From Candidatus Omnitrophota bacterium (GTDB taxonomy: Bacteria > Omnitrophota > Gorgyraeia > Gygaellales > UBA12090): DNA of 64,000 bases. The stretch lies in assembly GCA_030674475.1 (NCBI GenBank), contig JAUSCZ010000017.1, forward strand, positions 46,264 through 110,263. The letters run 5' to 3'. The position numbers were made by a program, and so were the translations under genes. Of the stretch, positions 48,616-58,149 are shown in pieces; the stretch's first letter is position 1; the number at the start of each line of letters is the position of its first letter. The notes under the pieces are model-generated. The model saw only the letters and a program-made list of their open reading frames with translations. It had not been told where the DNA came from and did not search any database.

Positions 48616-49164
48616 TCACGATGATGCTGTGGTAATGAACTTTGCGGCGGCGTAGAGGTCTTTGAAGGTAAAATCCGGGCGGGCTGGCCAATTATCCCGG
48701 TTAGACGGTTTTTCTGCTCCGGAGAAAACCAGGATGGATTTACATCCGGCGGCTTTGGCGGTGTGGACATCGCGAATAGTATCGCCGATAAAGAAGGAAT
48801 TTTTTAGGTCAATTTTCTTAGCCTTAACGGCTAATTTGATCAGGCCGGCTTTGGGTTTGCGGCAGGAGCAATGATCTTCATCGCGGTGGGTACAATAATA
48901 TACGGCGTTTATCTTGGCACTGGATTTTTCTAAGGCTTTTAGCATTCGGCTGGTTATGTCATTTAGGGTATTTTGACTGTATAAGCCTTTACTCACTCCG
49001 GCCTGGTTTGAAATTACAAATATGGGGTATTTTTTACCGGCTAATAAAGCAATCGCTTTCTTGACATTGGGCAAAAAGCGAAATTCCTTCCAACTGGTTA
49101 CATATTTGGTATCACCGGGGTATCTATTGATAACGCCGTCGCGGTCAAGAAAAATAGCTTTCAT
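48616..49164 (-). CDS. gmhB: D,D-heptose 1,7-bisphosphate phosphatase
   Basis: FLDRDGVIN, SNQAG, CTH..HCSCRKP, IGD..RD. Confidence 0.92.
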   Translation of the reverse strand: MKAIFLDRDGVINRYPGDTKYVTSWKEFRFLPNVKKAIALLAGKKYPIFVISNQAGVSKGLYSQNTLNDITSRMLKALEKSSAKINAVYYCTHRDEDHCSCRKPKAGLIKLAVKAKKIDLKNSFFIGDTIRDVHTAKAAGCKSILVFSGAEKPSNRDNWPARPDFTFKDLYAAAKFITTASS

Positions 49165-50182
49165 TATGGACTACCCAATCAGTGAGGCGGCTGATTCCTT
49201 CTTTTACTGAAATCCTGGGCTGCCAGCCTAAGATTTTTTTGATTTTTGAGATATCGGAAATGTAGACTTTTTGGTCTGAAGGGCGCCAATCGCTAAAGGT
49301 TATTTTGGGGCGTTTGCCCAGGAGGTTTTCAATTTCGTCAATAAATTCTAGAAGTGAGGTTGTGTTTTGGGGGCCTCCGCCGGTGTTGAAAATGCCGTGT
49401 TGGAGCTTGCTGTTCATAAACGCTTCATAGCCTTTAACCAGGTCTTCGGCATACAATAAATCCCGGACCTGCTTGCCGTCGCCGTAGATGGTAATAGGTT
49501 TATTTTTAAGCGTGGCGATAATAAACCAGGCCACCCAGCCCTGATCCTCAAAGCCGAACTGCCGGGCGCCGTAAATACAGGACATACGAAAAACCCCGGT
49601 TTTCATACCATATATATGGGCGTATTCCTGGGTATAGAGGTCGCCGACTAATTTTGAGACTCCGTAAGGGGTATGGCCGGTGAGGTCGGTAAGCATAGCC
49701 TCATCAATACCTTTTCTGTCTTGGTAAATATAGCGGGTTTTAAGCTCCTTTAGAGCAATCTTGTCTATGTTTTCTCCGTATACTTTATTGGTCGAGCAAT
49801 AGACTACTGTTGCCTTCGGGGATTTTTTGCGGGTGCATTCTAAGACATTCAACGTGCCAAAGGCATTGATGCTGAAATCTTCTAAGGGCATTCTTACTGA
49901 AGAAGGCACACCCGGCTGGCCGGCGGTATGGATTACCGCGTCCACGCCTTTACCTAAGGCAATGTTAACATCCTTCTCATTGCGCACATCTCCTTTGATA
50001 CGCTTAATATTTTTATATTGCCCTAAATACTTCCAATTATACTCCACCGAGCCTTTATCGTAACCAAAGATTTGCGAACGCATTAAGTTATCCAGCGCCA
50101 CCACCTCCCATTTTTTCCTGGCAAAATACTCCGCGGCATGAGACCCGACTAACCCGGCTCCTCCGGTAATTAAAATCCTCAT
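49145..50182 (-). CDS. NAD-dependent epimerase (CDP-tyvelose epimerase-like)
   Basis: STNKVYG, TPYGVSK, FRMSCIYG.RQFGFEDQGWVAWF. Confidence 0.87.
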   Translation of the reverse strand: MRILITGGAGLVGSHAAEYFARKKWEVVALDNLMRSQIFGYDKGSVEYNWKYLGQYKNIKRIKGDVRNEKDVNIALGKGVDAVIHTAGQPGVPSSVRMPLEDFSINAFGTLNVLECTRKKSPKATVVYCSTNKVYGENIDKIALKELKTRYIYQDRKGIDEAMLTDLTGHTPYGVSKLVGDLYTQEYAHIYGMKTGVFRMSCIYGARQFGFEDQGWVAWFIIATLKNKPITIYGDGKQVRDLLYAEDLVKGYEAFMNSKLQHGIFNTGGGPQNTTSLLEFIDEIENLLGKRPKITFSDWRPSDQKVYISDISKIKKILGWQPRISVKEGISRLTDWVVHNESYFS

Positions 50183-50184
50183 CT

Positions 50185-51006
50185 TTAAGCCCCTCCCCTA
50201 TCCCCTCCCGCAAGGGGAGTGGGAATAAATGTATTTTTTGTAGAATTTCTAACAGCCTCTAGCCGAACAATCTCGCGGTATTTTAAATAACTTAAGAATT
50301 GATACAGCCCGGCGAAATAGGCAATTACAAAGCCAAGGAAGCCGTCTTTATAGCCTTTTTTGCCGAAATAGGCCCGAAAAAACCTATCATAGGAGCGCCA
50401 GATAAACCTGCCTAAGCGCATTGGTTTATTTTGGGCGAACCACTTCTGGGCTTCCCGGGTAGTCTGGTTGTTAAGTTTGCTGAGAAAATCCTCAATGCCT
50501 CGATAAGAATAATGAATGATGTCAAACTTCAGGTGGCCGCAGGGATCATCCATAAACGCCCTGGGGTGCACTCCGACCTCTTCGTAACGGAATTTATCCT
50601 TGCGAAATAGCTTTAATTGCGGGCTGGGATACCAGCCGCCGTAGCGCACCCAGTAATTACCGATAAAATTGCGCCTGGGAATGGTAAAGCCGTTGCATGG
50701 GGTTTCTTTACTTAAGGCTTCTTCAATTTCTTTTTTAAGCTCATCAGTTACCCGTTCGTCGGCGTCCAGGCTTAAGACCCATTGGTTTTTGGCCTGGGAA
50801 TAGGCAAAATTCCTCTGTTTTCCCTCTACTTCCATCCTTCGGCTTAATATCTTACTAGTGTAATTGCCGGCTATTTTAACTGTGTTATCACTGCTTATGT
50901 CATCCACCAACACTATCTCATCCGCCCAGCCGTCCACCGACTTAAGGCAATCTTCAATATTTCTTTCTTCGTTTTTGGTCAAGACGACAACTGATAGTTT
51001 AAGCAT
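50185..51006 (-). CDS. GT2 LPS glycosyltransferase (WaaE/KdtX-like)
   Basis: VVLTKNEERNI, WVLSLDADER, VH, GYKDGFLG; C-terminal tail encoded by a palindrome. Confidence 0.88.
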   Translation of the reverse strand: MLKLSVVVLTKNEERNIEDCLKSVDGWADEIVLVDDISSDNTVKIAGNYTSKILSRRMEVEGKQRNFAYSQAKNQWVLSLDADERVTDELKKEIEEALSKETPCNGFTIPRRNFIGNYWVRYGGWYPSPQLKLFRKDKFRYEEVGVHPRAFMDDPCGHLKFDIIHYSYRGIEDFLSKLNNQTTREAQKWFAQNKPMRLGRFIWRSYDRFFRAYFGKKGYKDGFLGFVIAYFAGLYQFLSYLKYREIVRLEAVRNSTKNTFIPTPLAGGDRGGA

Positions 51007-52114
51007 TAAAATATCCTTTTATTGAAGCAATGATATAGTCCTTTTCCTCCCGGGTTAGATCAGGATACACCGGTATGGCTAATGTTTCTTTGCAGGCCTG
51101 CTCCGATACCGGGAAATTGCCTTTTTTATAGCCCAGGGTTTTAAAACATTTTTGCAGATGCAGGGGAACCGGATAGTAAACCCGGGAATCAATACCCTTA
51201 GCCCTTAAATGCTCAGTCAGCTTAAGGCTTGCGCCATTGAGACGCAGAATATACTGATGATAGATATGCGTAGTATATTCGGGGACAAATGGAGTCTTAA
51301 GAGGCAGGCCCTCTAATTGTTGATTAAAGTATTCGGCGTTTTCCTGCCTCCTCTTGTTCCAGCCGTCCAAATATTTAAGCTTTACTTTTAATATCGCCGC
51401 CTGGAGGGTATCCAAACGATTATTATAGCCGATAACCAGATGATAGTATTTTTCCTTGTTCCCCTGGTTCCGGAAAATCTTCAGGCGCTCAGCAATGGTC
51501 TGGCTATTAGTCAAAATCGCCCCGGCATCGCCGAAGGCCCCTAAATTCTTGCCAGGAAACAGGCTCAATGCCCCACAGTCACCAAAAATCCCGGCCTTTT
51601 TACCTCTATAATCCGCGCCAAAAGCCTGGGCAGTATCTTCCACTACTTTCAGCTTATGCTTCTTAGCTATTTTTAATATACCATTCATATCCGCGCATTG
51701 GCCATAAAGATGAACCGGGACAATAGCCTTTATTTTAAGCTTATTCTTTTTCTTTAAGGCCTTTTCTATTCCTTCCAAAGAAATCGTATAGCTGTCCGGC
51801 TCAATATCCACAAAGACCGGAACCGCGCCCATACTGGCTATGGCCCCGGCAGAGGCATAATAAGTAAAGGCCGGACAGATAACCCCTTCGCCGGGCTTAA
51901 TCCCCAAGGCCACCAAGGATAGCTTTATAGCATCGGTGCCGTTAGAGACACCTACCGCGTATTTGGCGCTTGAATATCTTACCAGCTCTTCCTCAAACTC
52001 TTGAATCTCCCCGCCAAAGACAAAATTGGCGTTGTCAATAACCTTCTTGATTGCCTCATCAATTTCAGCCCGAATCGGCGCTATTTGTTTTTTTAGGTCC
52101 AATATTGGTATCAT
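50999..52114 (-). CDS. DegT-family aminotransferase
   Basis: SNGTDA, PVHLYGQ, EDTAQA, FPGKNLGAFGDAG, NNRLD. Confidence 0.93.
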   Translation of the reverse strand: MIPILDLKKQIAPIRAEIDEAIKKVIDNANFVFGGEIQEFEEELVRYSSAKYAVGVSNGTDAIKLSLVALGIKPGEGVICPAFTYYASAGAIASMGAVPVFVDIEPDSYTISLEGIEKALKKKNKLKIKAIVPVHLYGQCADMNGILKIAKKHKLKVVEDTAQAFGADYRGKKAGIFGDCGALSLFPGKNLGAFGDAGAILTNSQTIAERLKIFRNQGNKEKYYHLVIGYNNRLDTLQAAILKVKLKYLDGWNKRRQENAEYFNQQLEGLPLKTPFVPEYTTHIYHQYILRLNGASLKLTEHLRAKGIDSRVYYPVPLHLQKCFKTLGYKKGNFPVSEQACKETLAIPVYPDLTREEKDYIIASIKGYFNA

Positions 52115-52120
52115 TATAAA

Positions 52121-52372
52121 TTAGCCTCCATTCCTTTTAGAAGCATCCAAAACCGTTATCCCAATAAGCTTCTTATTATGATAACGCAGCAATACTCCAT
52201 TATCCAGCATTTTGCTGTTTGTAGCTTTCTGCGGACGCTGAAGGCTAATATATAAAACATCCGCCCCTTTATCATAATCAACCCAGAATCTATTAGAAGG
52301 GAATTTTATTAAATGCCGCGTAGTTTCAAAAACCTCTTTTATATACTCTTTCTCTAACGTTCCTTTTGCCAT
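52121..52372 (-). CDS. DUF2283 antitoxin-like protein
   Basis: YDKGADVLYISL...LIGITVLDAS. Confidence 0.82.
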   Translation of the reverse strand: MAKGTLEKEYIKEVFETTRHLIKFPSNRFWVDYDKGADVLYISLQRPQKATNSKMLDNGVLLRYHNKKLIGITVLDASKRNGG

Positions 52373-52656
52373 ACCATTGCCTCCTTTTTGATAGCAGACG
52401 TAAAATAAGCAGTAATCACGAATCCGTCGCTTTTGGAAACTTCCTTATATATGACAGACAGATATAAATTATTCTTAATCTTTACCGCCGCTATCAACGC
52501 GTTTTGATATCCTTTAACTATAAGATCGGGAGCCTCTATTGTCCGCAGGATTTCATCGTAATATCCCGCCAAGTCGTCATGGTTTTCCACAATATGAAAC
52601 CATCTCTCTACCGTAAGACGGATAGGAACATTATTCTGTGAATATACGATATCCAT
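52354..52656 (-). CDS. RelE/DUF4258-like toxin partner of DUF2283
   Basis: IRLTVERWFHI..H, PDLI, GFVITAY. Confidence 0.7.
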   Translation of the reverse strand: MDIVYSQNNVPIRLTVERWFHIVENHDDLAGYYDEILRTIEAPDLIVKGYQNALIAAVKIKNNLYLSVIYKEVSKSDGFVITAYFTSAIKKEAMVWQKER

Positions 52657-53734
52657 TCTTTCGGGTATCCGACAATATGTTTATCATCTTCAAGACTTCT
52701 TCAACCTCTATACTTTTAAGGCACTCCTGTCTTCTTGAGCATGGGCGAAGGCGAAACCCGCGGTAACAGGGGCTACATTCTATAGCCTTCCTTAAAACAA
52801 TGTGCCGTGTCTCATCCGGCGGATACGGCCCATACACCTTTGGGTCAACCGGGCCGAAGAAAGAAATGGTTTTTCTTTTTAAAGCTGAGGCTATGTGCAG
52901 GAGGCCGCCGTCGTTTCCGATAAATAAATCCGCCTTGTTGATAATAGCGGCTGATTGGGTTAGCGTGGTTCTGCCGGCTAAATTTATAACCTTGCACTGA
53001 AGCTCTGTTTCTATATTTAAGAGCAAATCCCTTTCCTTTAAATCTCCTAATATTATAACCGTAACTTTATATTTTTCAATGATTTTATTGACTAAAAGGG
53101 CGAATTTTTCCTCGGGCCAGCGTTTGATTTTTGCCTCAATTCCCCAACTTGCCCCTCCGCCGGGTGAAAGCGCGATAACCGGGAAGGAGTCATCAATACG
53201 ATACTCCTTAAAAATGCTTTCCGCGCATTGCTTGTCTTCATCGCTTAGATACAATTCCAGGTCCTGATATTTCGGCTCTATCCCGATTAATTCCAAAAGG
53301 CCGTTATAATATTCCACCACATGCTGGTCTTCGTAGCCGCTTAATTTTACTGACTTGGTTAAATAGATTCCCCGGTTTTTATAGTTATAGCCGATCCTTT
53401 TCCTTATCCCAGCCAGCCATAAAAAGAAGCCAAAATTGGAAGATAAGGATAAATCTATGGCCAGGTCAAATCGCGCTTTCTTTATTTGCCGGATAAAAGA
53501 ACTGAATCCTTTAAGCCATTCTAATTTTGAAACTAATAACAATTGCTTAAAGTCATCCCTCTCGTATATAAATATTTCATTAATAAAAGGATTGTTTCTT
53601 AATAGGGGAGCAGCGCGTTTATTACAGAGAAAACCTAATTTACCTTCTGGAAAGGCGTCTTTGAGGGTATGAATCAGGGGAGTAGTAAATAAAACATCAC
53701 CGATGCCAAAGGGATTAACGATGAGAATACTCAT
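52631..53734 (-). CDS. GT9 heptosyltransferase (WaaF-like)
   Basis: GIGDVLFTTP, KRWPEEKF, NLAGRTTL, GNDGGLLHIA, CSPC. Confidence 0.88.
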   Translation of the reverse strand: MSILIVNPFGIGDVLFTTPLIHTLKDAFPEGKLGFLCNKRAAPLLRNNPFINEIFIYERDDFKQLLLVSKLEWLKGFSSFIRQIKKARFDLAIDLSLSSNFGFFLWLAGIRKRIGYNYKNRGIYLTKSVKLSGYEDQHVVEYYNGLLELIGIEPKYQDLELYLSDEDKQCAESIFKEYRIDDSFPVIALSPGGGASWGIEAKIKRWPEEKFALLVNKIIEKYKVTVIILGDLKERDLLLNIETELQCKVINLAGRTTLTQSAAIINKADLFIGNDGGLLHIASALKRKTISFFGPVDPKVYGPYPPDETRHIVLRKAIECSPCYRGFRLRPCSRRQECLKSIEVEEVLKMINILSDTRKNGYRIFTE

Positions 53735-54040
53735 TCAAGTATTTCTCAATCGTCTGGCCAGCTCTTGGTAGACTTTCATATCCTCTCGTTTACCGATAGC
53801 ATAAATAATTACTTCTTTATTCTTTTGGTCCAGCTCATAGAGGATCCGGTATTTTTTCTGAAAGGAATAAAGTTTTCTGTACCCGGTAAGGTCAAAACCC
53901 GCCTTGTCACCTAAAGGTTTCCCCAATTCCGGAGAATTCGCAAGTTTCTTAAATTGAGCGAATGCCTGCTGTTGAATAGATTTATCCAGGCTTCTGAATT
54001 CTTTTTCGGCTTCAGTTTTCCACTTCAAACTATAAGCCAT
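53735..54040 (-). CDS. RelE/ParE-family toxin
   Basis: AEKEFRSLD, GKPL..LTGYRKL, YRILYE, IGKR. Confidence 0.88.
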   Translation of the reverse strand: MAYSLKWKTEAEKEFRSLDKSIQQQAFAQFKKLANSPELGKPLGDKAGFDLTGYRKLYSFQKKYRILYELDQKNKEVIIYAIGKREDMKVYQELARRLRNT

Positions 54041-54317
54041 ACTGTTCTTGCAGTTTTTCCAGAGAAATTTTCTTGGCGGGGCTGATTTTCCGCTGCTGGA
54101 TCACCTTATAAACAGCTATATGCTCCAGTAATTCTTCCAAGTTTTCTAATTTTTGTTTTATTTTTTCATACCGCGCGTAATCCATTAACACGGCTTCAGG
54201 CGAATTGCGTTTAAAAATGAAAATATCATGCAAGGGGAGTTCATTCTCATATTTTTTGAATGACCTTACCAGTTCTGTGCTACTGATAATTTGTTTTTTT
54301 TCAAAGGTAGTGCTCAT
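54030..54317 (-). CDS. Phd/YefM-family antitoxin
   Basis: IISSTELVRSF, IFKRNSPEAVLM. Confidence 0.8.
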   Translation of the reverse strand: MSTTFEKKQIISSTELVRSFKKYENELPLHDIFIFKRNSPEAVLMDYARYEKIKQKLENLEELLEHIAVYKVIQQRKISPAKKISLEKLQEQYGL

Positions 54318-54367
54318 CCGTATCTCCTTTTTGCTTAATTACATACAATAAACATATTTCTATACAA

Positions 54368-54396
54368 AATATAACACATATTTTATAAGAAGTCAA
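54368..54396 (-). promoter_or_regulatory. Putative sigma70 promoter of Phd-RelE
   Basis: TTGACT-17-TATATT; AAGGAG RBS downstream. Confidence 0.6.
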
Positions 54397-54430
54397 GTCA
54401 AATTCAGTCAACAAAATCAAAGAATCAGCA

Positions 54431-55924
54431 CTAGCGCTCTCTCATATAATCATCATCAAATCTCTTGATGTCGTCTTCTTCTAAGTAATCTCCGGTTTGG
54501 ATTTCTACAATCTTAAGCGGGGTGCGGGCGGGATTTTCCAAGCGGTGCTTTGTTCCTTTGGGAATGTATATACTTTGGTTACTATGGACATAGATAATAT
54601 CCTTACCTCGACTCACCTTGGCACAGCCGGAAACCACTACCCAATGCTCCGCTCTCCTGGTGTGAGCCTGCAGGCTGAGCCGTTTTTTGGGTTCTATCTC
54701 AATCAGCTTGATTTTAAAACCAAGAGCCTGTTTTAAAACCGTAAAGAAGCCCCAGGGACGCCTATCCGTCAGATGCATAATATGCTCTTTGCGGTGGGCG
54801 GATTTCAGTTGCTCCACGATTTTCTTGACCTCCTGGGTCTTTTGTTTATCGCAGACCAATAAAGCGTCAGGGGTATCGGCGATAATCAAATCCTTCAGTC
54901 CGATGGTCGCGATAAACCGGTCTCCCCGGCTAAAGGCGCAAACCCCCTGACTGCCGCAATCCAGAGAATTATCGGGAAGCACATTGCCGCTTTTGTCCTT
55001 GTGTAGTAATTCCTCTAAGGCATCCCAACTGCCCAAATCCGACCAATAAAAGTCAGCCGGCACCAGGGCTATTTTCTTAGAATGTTCCATTATGCCGTAA
55101 TCCACGGAAACCGGCTTGATTTTACCCCAGACCTTTTCTATGTCGTCTTTGGTTTGGATTGACTTTAGCTGGGAATAAAGCTCCGGCATATATTTGGCCA
55201 ATTCATCCCTAAAAACCGAAACCTTCCAAATAAACATCCCGCTATTCCAAAAATAATCTCTACTCCTTACATATTCTTCCGCTTTGTTTAAACTCGGCTT
55301 CTCCAGAAACTTTTGCACCTTGAAACTCTTTAAAAAGTCATTGCGAGGAGCGTAGCGACGAAGCAATCTCCCAGGGGATTGCTTCGCACTTCGTGCTCGC
55401 AATGACGGATCAAGCTGATGCTCTACTTTTATATACCCATATCCGGTTGCCGGCTTATTCGGCTTGATCCCGATAGTTACCAGAAAATCGCTTTCCGCGC
55501 ACTTTAGCGCCCGGTTAACACAACCCTGAAATTTTTTTATGTCCTTAATATAGTGGTCAGCGGGAAATACCGCTAAAACCGCGTCTTTATTTTTTTGTTC
55601 AATCAGGCGCGCGCATAGGCCGATAGCCGGAGCGGTATTTTTACCTTGCGGCTCCAGGATAATATTCTCATCCGGTATGTGGAATTTTTCTATCTGTTTC
55701 TTAAGCTCAAAGAAATAGGCCTGATTGGTGATAAAAAATATCCGCTTTGGCCGAATCAGGCCTTCTAAGCGCTTGACTGTATTCTGAAGCAGGCTTTCCT
55801 TGCCGATAATATTGATAAACTGCTTCGGCTCAAGCTCCCGGCTAAAAGGCCAAAAACGGCTGCCTACCCCGCCGGCTAAAATCAAGCCGTATAAGTTATC
55901 CTGAGAACGCTTTTCTGATGCCAT
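54431..55924 (-). CDS. manC: Mannose-1-phosphate guanylyltransferase/mannose-6-phosphate isomerase
   Basis: LAGGVGSRFWP, NTAPA, WNSGMF, WSDLGSW, RPWG, EHWVVV, EIQTGDYLEEDDI. Confidence 0.95.
   Translation of the reverse strand: MASEKRSQDNLYGLILAGGVGSRFWPFSRELEPKQFINIIGKESLLQNTVKRLEGLIRPKRIFFITNQAYFFELKKQIEKFHIPDENIILEPQGKNTAPAIGLCARLIEQKNKDAVLAVFPADHYIKDIKKFQGCVNRALKCAESDFLVTIGIKPNKPATGYGYIKVEHQLDPSLRARSAKQSPGRLLRRYAPRNDFLKSFKVQKFLEKPSLNKAEEYVRSRDYFWNSGMFIWKVSVFRDELAKYMPELYSQLKSIQTKDDIEKVWGKIKPVSVDYGIMEHSKKIALVPADFYWSDLGSWDALEELLHKDKSGNVLPDNSLDCGSQGVCAFSRGDRFIATIGLKDLIIADTPDALLVCDKQKTQEVKKIVEQLKSAHRKEHIMHLTDRRPWGFFTVLKQALGFKIKLIEIEPKKRLSLQAHTRRAEHWVVVSGCAKVSRGKDIIYVHSNQSIYIPKGTKHRLENPARTPLKIVEIQTGDYLEEDDIKRFDDDYMRER
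55337..55406. repeat. 70-bp palindromic element within manC
   Basis: GTCATTGCGAG...CGAAGCAATC..GATTGCTTCG...CTCGCAATGAC; reading frame stays open. Confidence 0.88.
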
Positions 55925-58145
55925 TTAACACCTCATCCACTTTAATATTCTCAATACGGTCACTTTCAATTACTATATGTTTATCCCCCACCGGACCCCA
56001 TCTTTTAGCGCGGACCGCGGGCGGACTTTTACGAAAAATTGCCACAACCTGAATTCCTAATGCGGCGGCTAAATGCATCGGTCCGGAGTCAACCGTAACT
56101 AACAATCTACTCCTTTTTAACAAACCGGACAGTTCAAGTAAGCTTGTTTTTCCGGTTAAATTAATTACCGGCAAACCCTGGCAGAATTCGCCGGACCTTA
56201 TGGCTTCTTCCCGGCCGCCGATCAACACAAGCCTATATGCTGTCTCACGCGATAATCTGACACATAGATCCCTGAATTTATCCCTTGTCAGCTCTTTTTC
56301 CGGATTGCTTGACCAGGGATGGATAGCAATGAAATTATTATCGCTTATTCCTAATTCAGCTAATCGGTTATCTGGGAAGTCTGATTGTTTTATTTCTAAA
56401 GTAAAACCGTTGTTACCCAAATCATACACCTCCGAGGAGCAGAAAACTGCACCTCGGAGGTGAAGGTTCGATACGGCCTTCAGCAGTTCAAGGTTATAGT
56501 CAACTTCGTGTTTTAGCCCCAGTTCTTTAATGTCTTTTGTCTTACGATTCAGCAGAAAACCCCATTTTCGGTCGTAACCCGCGCGAATAGGGACACCGGA
56601 CAAAAAACTTATCATGTTGAATTCCTGGGAAGGATTAAAAGCTACAGACAGGTCATAACGGCCACCCTTAAGCTCTTGGCTGAATTTTAATATTTCCTTT
56701 AGTCTATGTTTTCTATTCTCCCAAACTATCAGCCTGTTTATAAAGGTTATACGCTCTGCTATGGGCAAGACATTTTTATCAACCACTAAATCTAATTTGA
56801 CCTCAGGATAACTTTGTTTCAATGCGCGTAACGCGGGGATAGTGAGCAAAAACTCTCCGAATCGGTCATTCCTAAATGCCAGGATGTTGTTTGTTCCCAT
56901 GAGTAGGGGCGGGTTCGAACCCGCCCCTACCTTTAGTGCTAATGACAGTCCGGCAATATACCAAAACATCACCGCGACTACCGAATAGTAAAGACTGCTT
57001 TCAGTGAGGCCGTTAACTAAAAAGGCGATCAAACAGGCAATCAAGGAGAGCGAAACCGTTTTAAGGTAACTATCGCCGGTTGAACGATAAATATTCTTAG
57101 ATTCCCTAAACAACCAATAAAGAAACCAGAAGAATATCACCAGGCCGGTCAAGCCTATTTCTCCGGCCATATGCAGATAGTTATTATGCGCCTTCATTTC
57201 ATTCAGGGTAATTATGCCGCGGTATTCGGGAAACTCTTTATACTTTTTATAGCTTTTCATGAAGGTATTGGCCCCGACGCCGATTAAAGGATGGGCTTTG
57301 ATCATATTCAAAGAATGCAGATAGACCGCGATCCGGTCGTCGTTACACATAAAGCGTAAGGGGTTATATTCAACTTCTTTGGCCCACTCTTTCACCGATT
57401 TTGGCATAAGAAACGGCGATACAAGCGTAAATATTAGTAAAAGTAAAAGCAGTGCCTTGCTCTTTTTGGCCAAGCCAAAAAACAATAAGACCATATATAC
57501 CGCCAGCAAGGTAGGCCGAGAGTAGGTCAAGGCAATTCCAATTAACACTAAAAGGCTTATAAAAAAGACAGAAATCTTTTTTATCCCTCTAAAATAATAA
57601 AGCCCCAACCCTAGAATCAGAGGAACTATAGCGCTTAAATAAATCCCCAGGATATTGGCGTCCTTAAAGGAAGCCGTGGCCCTAAGCAGGCCAATATTCA
57701 AAATCGGCTGATACCCCCGGATAAAATCCCGGCCGGTTATTACCTGAAAAATCCCGTTAGAAGAGGCCAAAACCGCGCCCAAAATCAAGGCCCATAAAAT
57801 CTTATTTATTTGAGCCTTATCTTTTACCTCCTCTTTAACGATATAAAAGATAAAGATATATTGCGCTAATCTGAATATACCGCCTTTTAATGTGTCATAA
57901 AGGCTTACCGAATTAATCGCGGATAAGCAGGTGATGATAAAGAAAAACAGTAACGGGATGTTTACCGGATCGCCCCTAAACAACCGTTCTCTGATTAAGA
58001 GTTTCTTAAACAAGAAGGCGGCGATTAAAAATCCCATGAATACATTCATCGGGGCCGGAGCAATGGCAATGGAAAAAGGCAATAAAATCACGCACCAGGA
58101 CAATATCCCATCTAGGATTTTTATTAATCTATCTTTGGGAGGCAT
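55896..58145 (-). CDS. O-antigen ligase (WaaL) fused to a GT9 heptosyltransferase-like domain
   Basis: TYSR, HPLIGVG, AHNNYLHMAGEIG; then RNDRFGEF, NLTGKTSL, VDSGPMHLAAA. Confidence 0.85.
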   Translation of the reverse strand: MPPKDRLIKILDGILSWCVILLPFSIAIAPAPMNVFMGFLIAAFLFKKLLIRERLFRGDPVNIPLLFFFIITCLSAINSVSLYDTLKGGIFRLAQYIFIFYIVKEEVKDKAQINKILWALILGAVLASSNGIFQVITGRDFIRGYQPILNIGLLRATASFKDANILGIYLSAIVPLILGLGLYYFRGIKKISVFFISLLVLIGIALTYSRPTLLAVYMVLLFFGLAKKSKALLLLLLIFTLVSPFLMPKSVKEWAKEVEYNPLRFMCNDDRIAVYLHSLNMIKAHPLIGVGANTFMKSYKKYKEFPEYRGIITLNEMKAHNNYLHMAGEIGLTGLVIFFWFLYWLFRESKNIYRSTGDSYLKTVSLSLIACLIAFLVNGLTESSLYYSVVAVMFWYIAGLSLALKVGAGSNPPLLMGTNNILAFRNDRFGEFLLTIPALRALKQSYPEVKLDLVVDKNVLPIAERITFINRLIVWENRKHRLKEILKFSQELKGGRYDLSVAFNPSQEFNMISFLSGVPIRAGYDRKWGFLLNRKTKDIKELGLKHEVDYNLELLKAVSNLHLRGAVFCSSEVYDLGNNGFTLEIKQSDFPDNRLAELGISDNNFIAIHPWSSNPEKELTRDKFRDLCVRLSRETAYRLVLIGGREEAIRSGEFCQGLPVINLTGKTSLLELSGLLKRSRLLVTVDSGPMHLAAALGIQVVAIFRKSPPAVRAKRWGPVGDKHIVIESDRIENIKVDEVLNGIRKAFSG
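56427..56462. repeat. 36-bp hairpin in frame in the GT9 domain
   Basis: CACCTCCGAGG-AGCAGAAAACTGCA-CCTCGGAGGTG. Confidence 0.75.
56903..56930. repeat. Perfect 28-bp GTAG REP-like palindrome at the WaaL/GT9 junction
   Basis: GTAGGGGCGGGTTCGAACCCGCCCCTAC. Confidence 0.9.
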
Positions 58146-58149
58146 AGTT

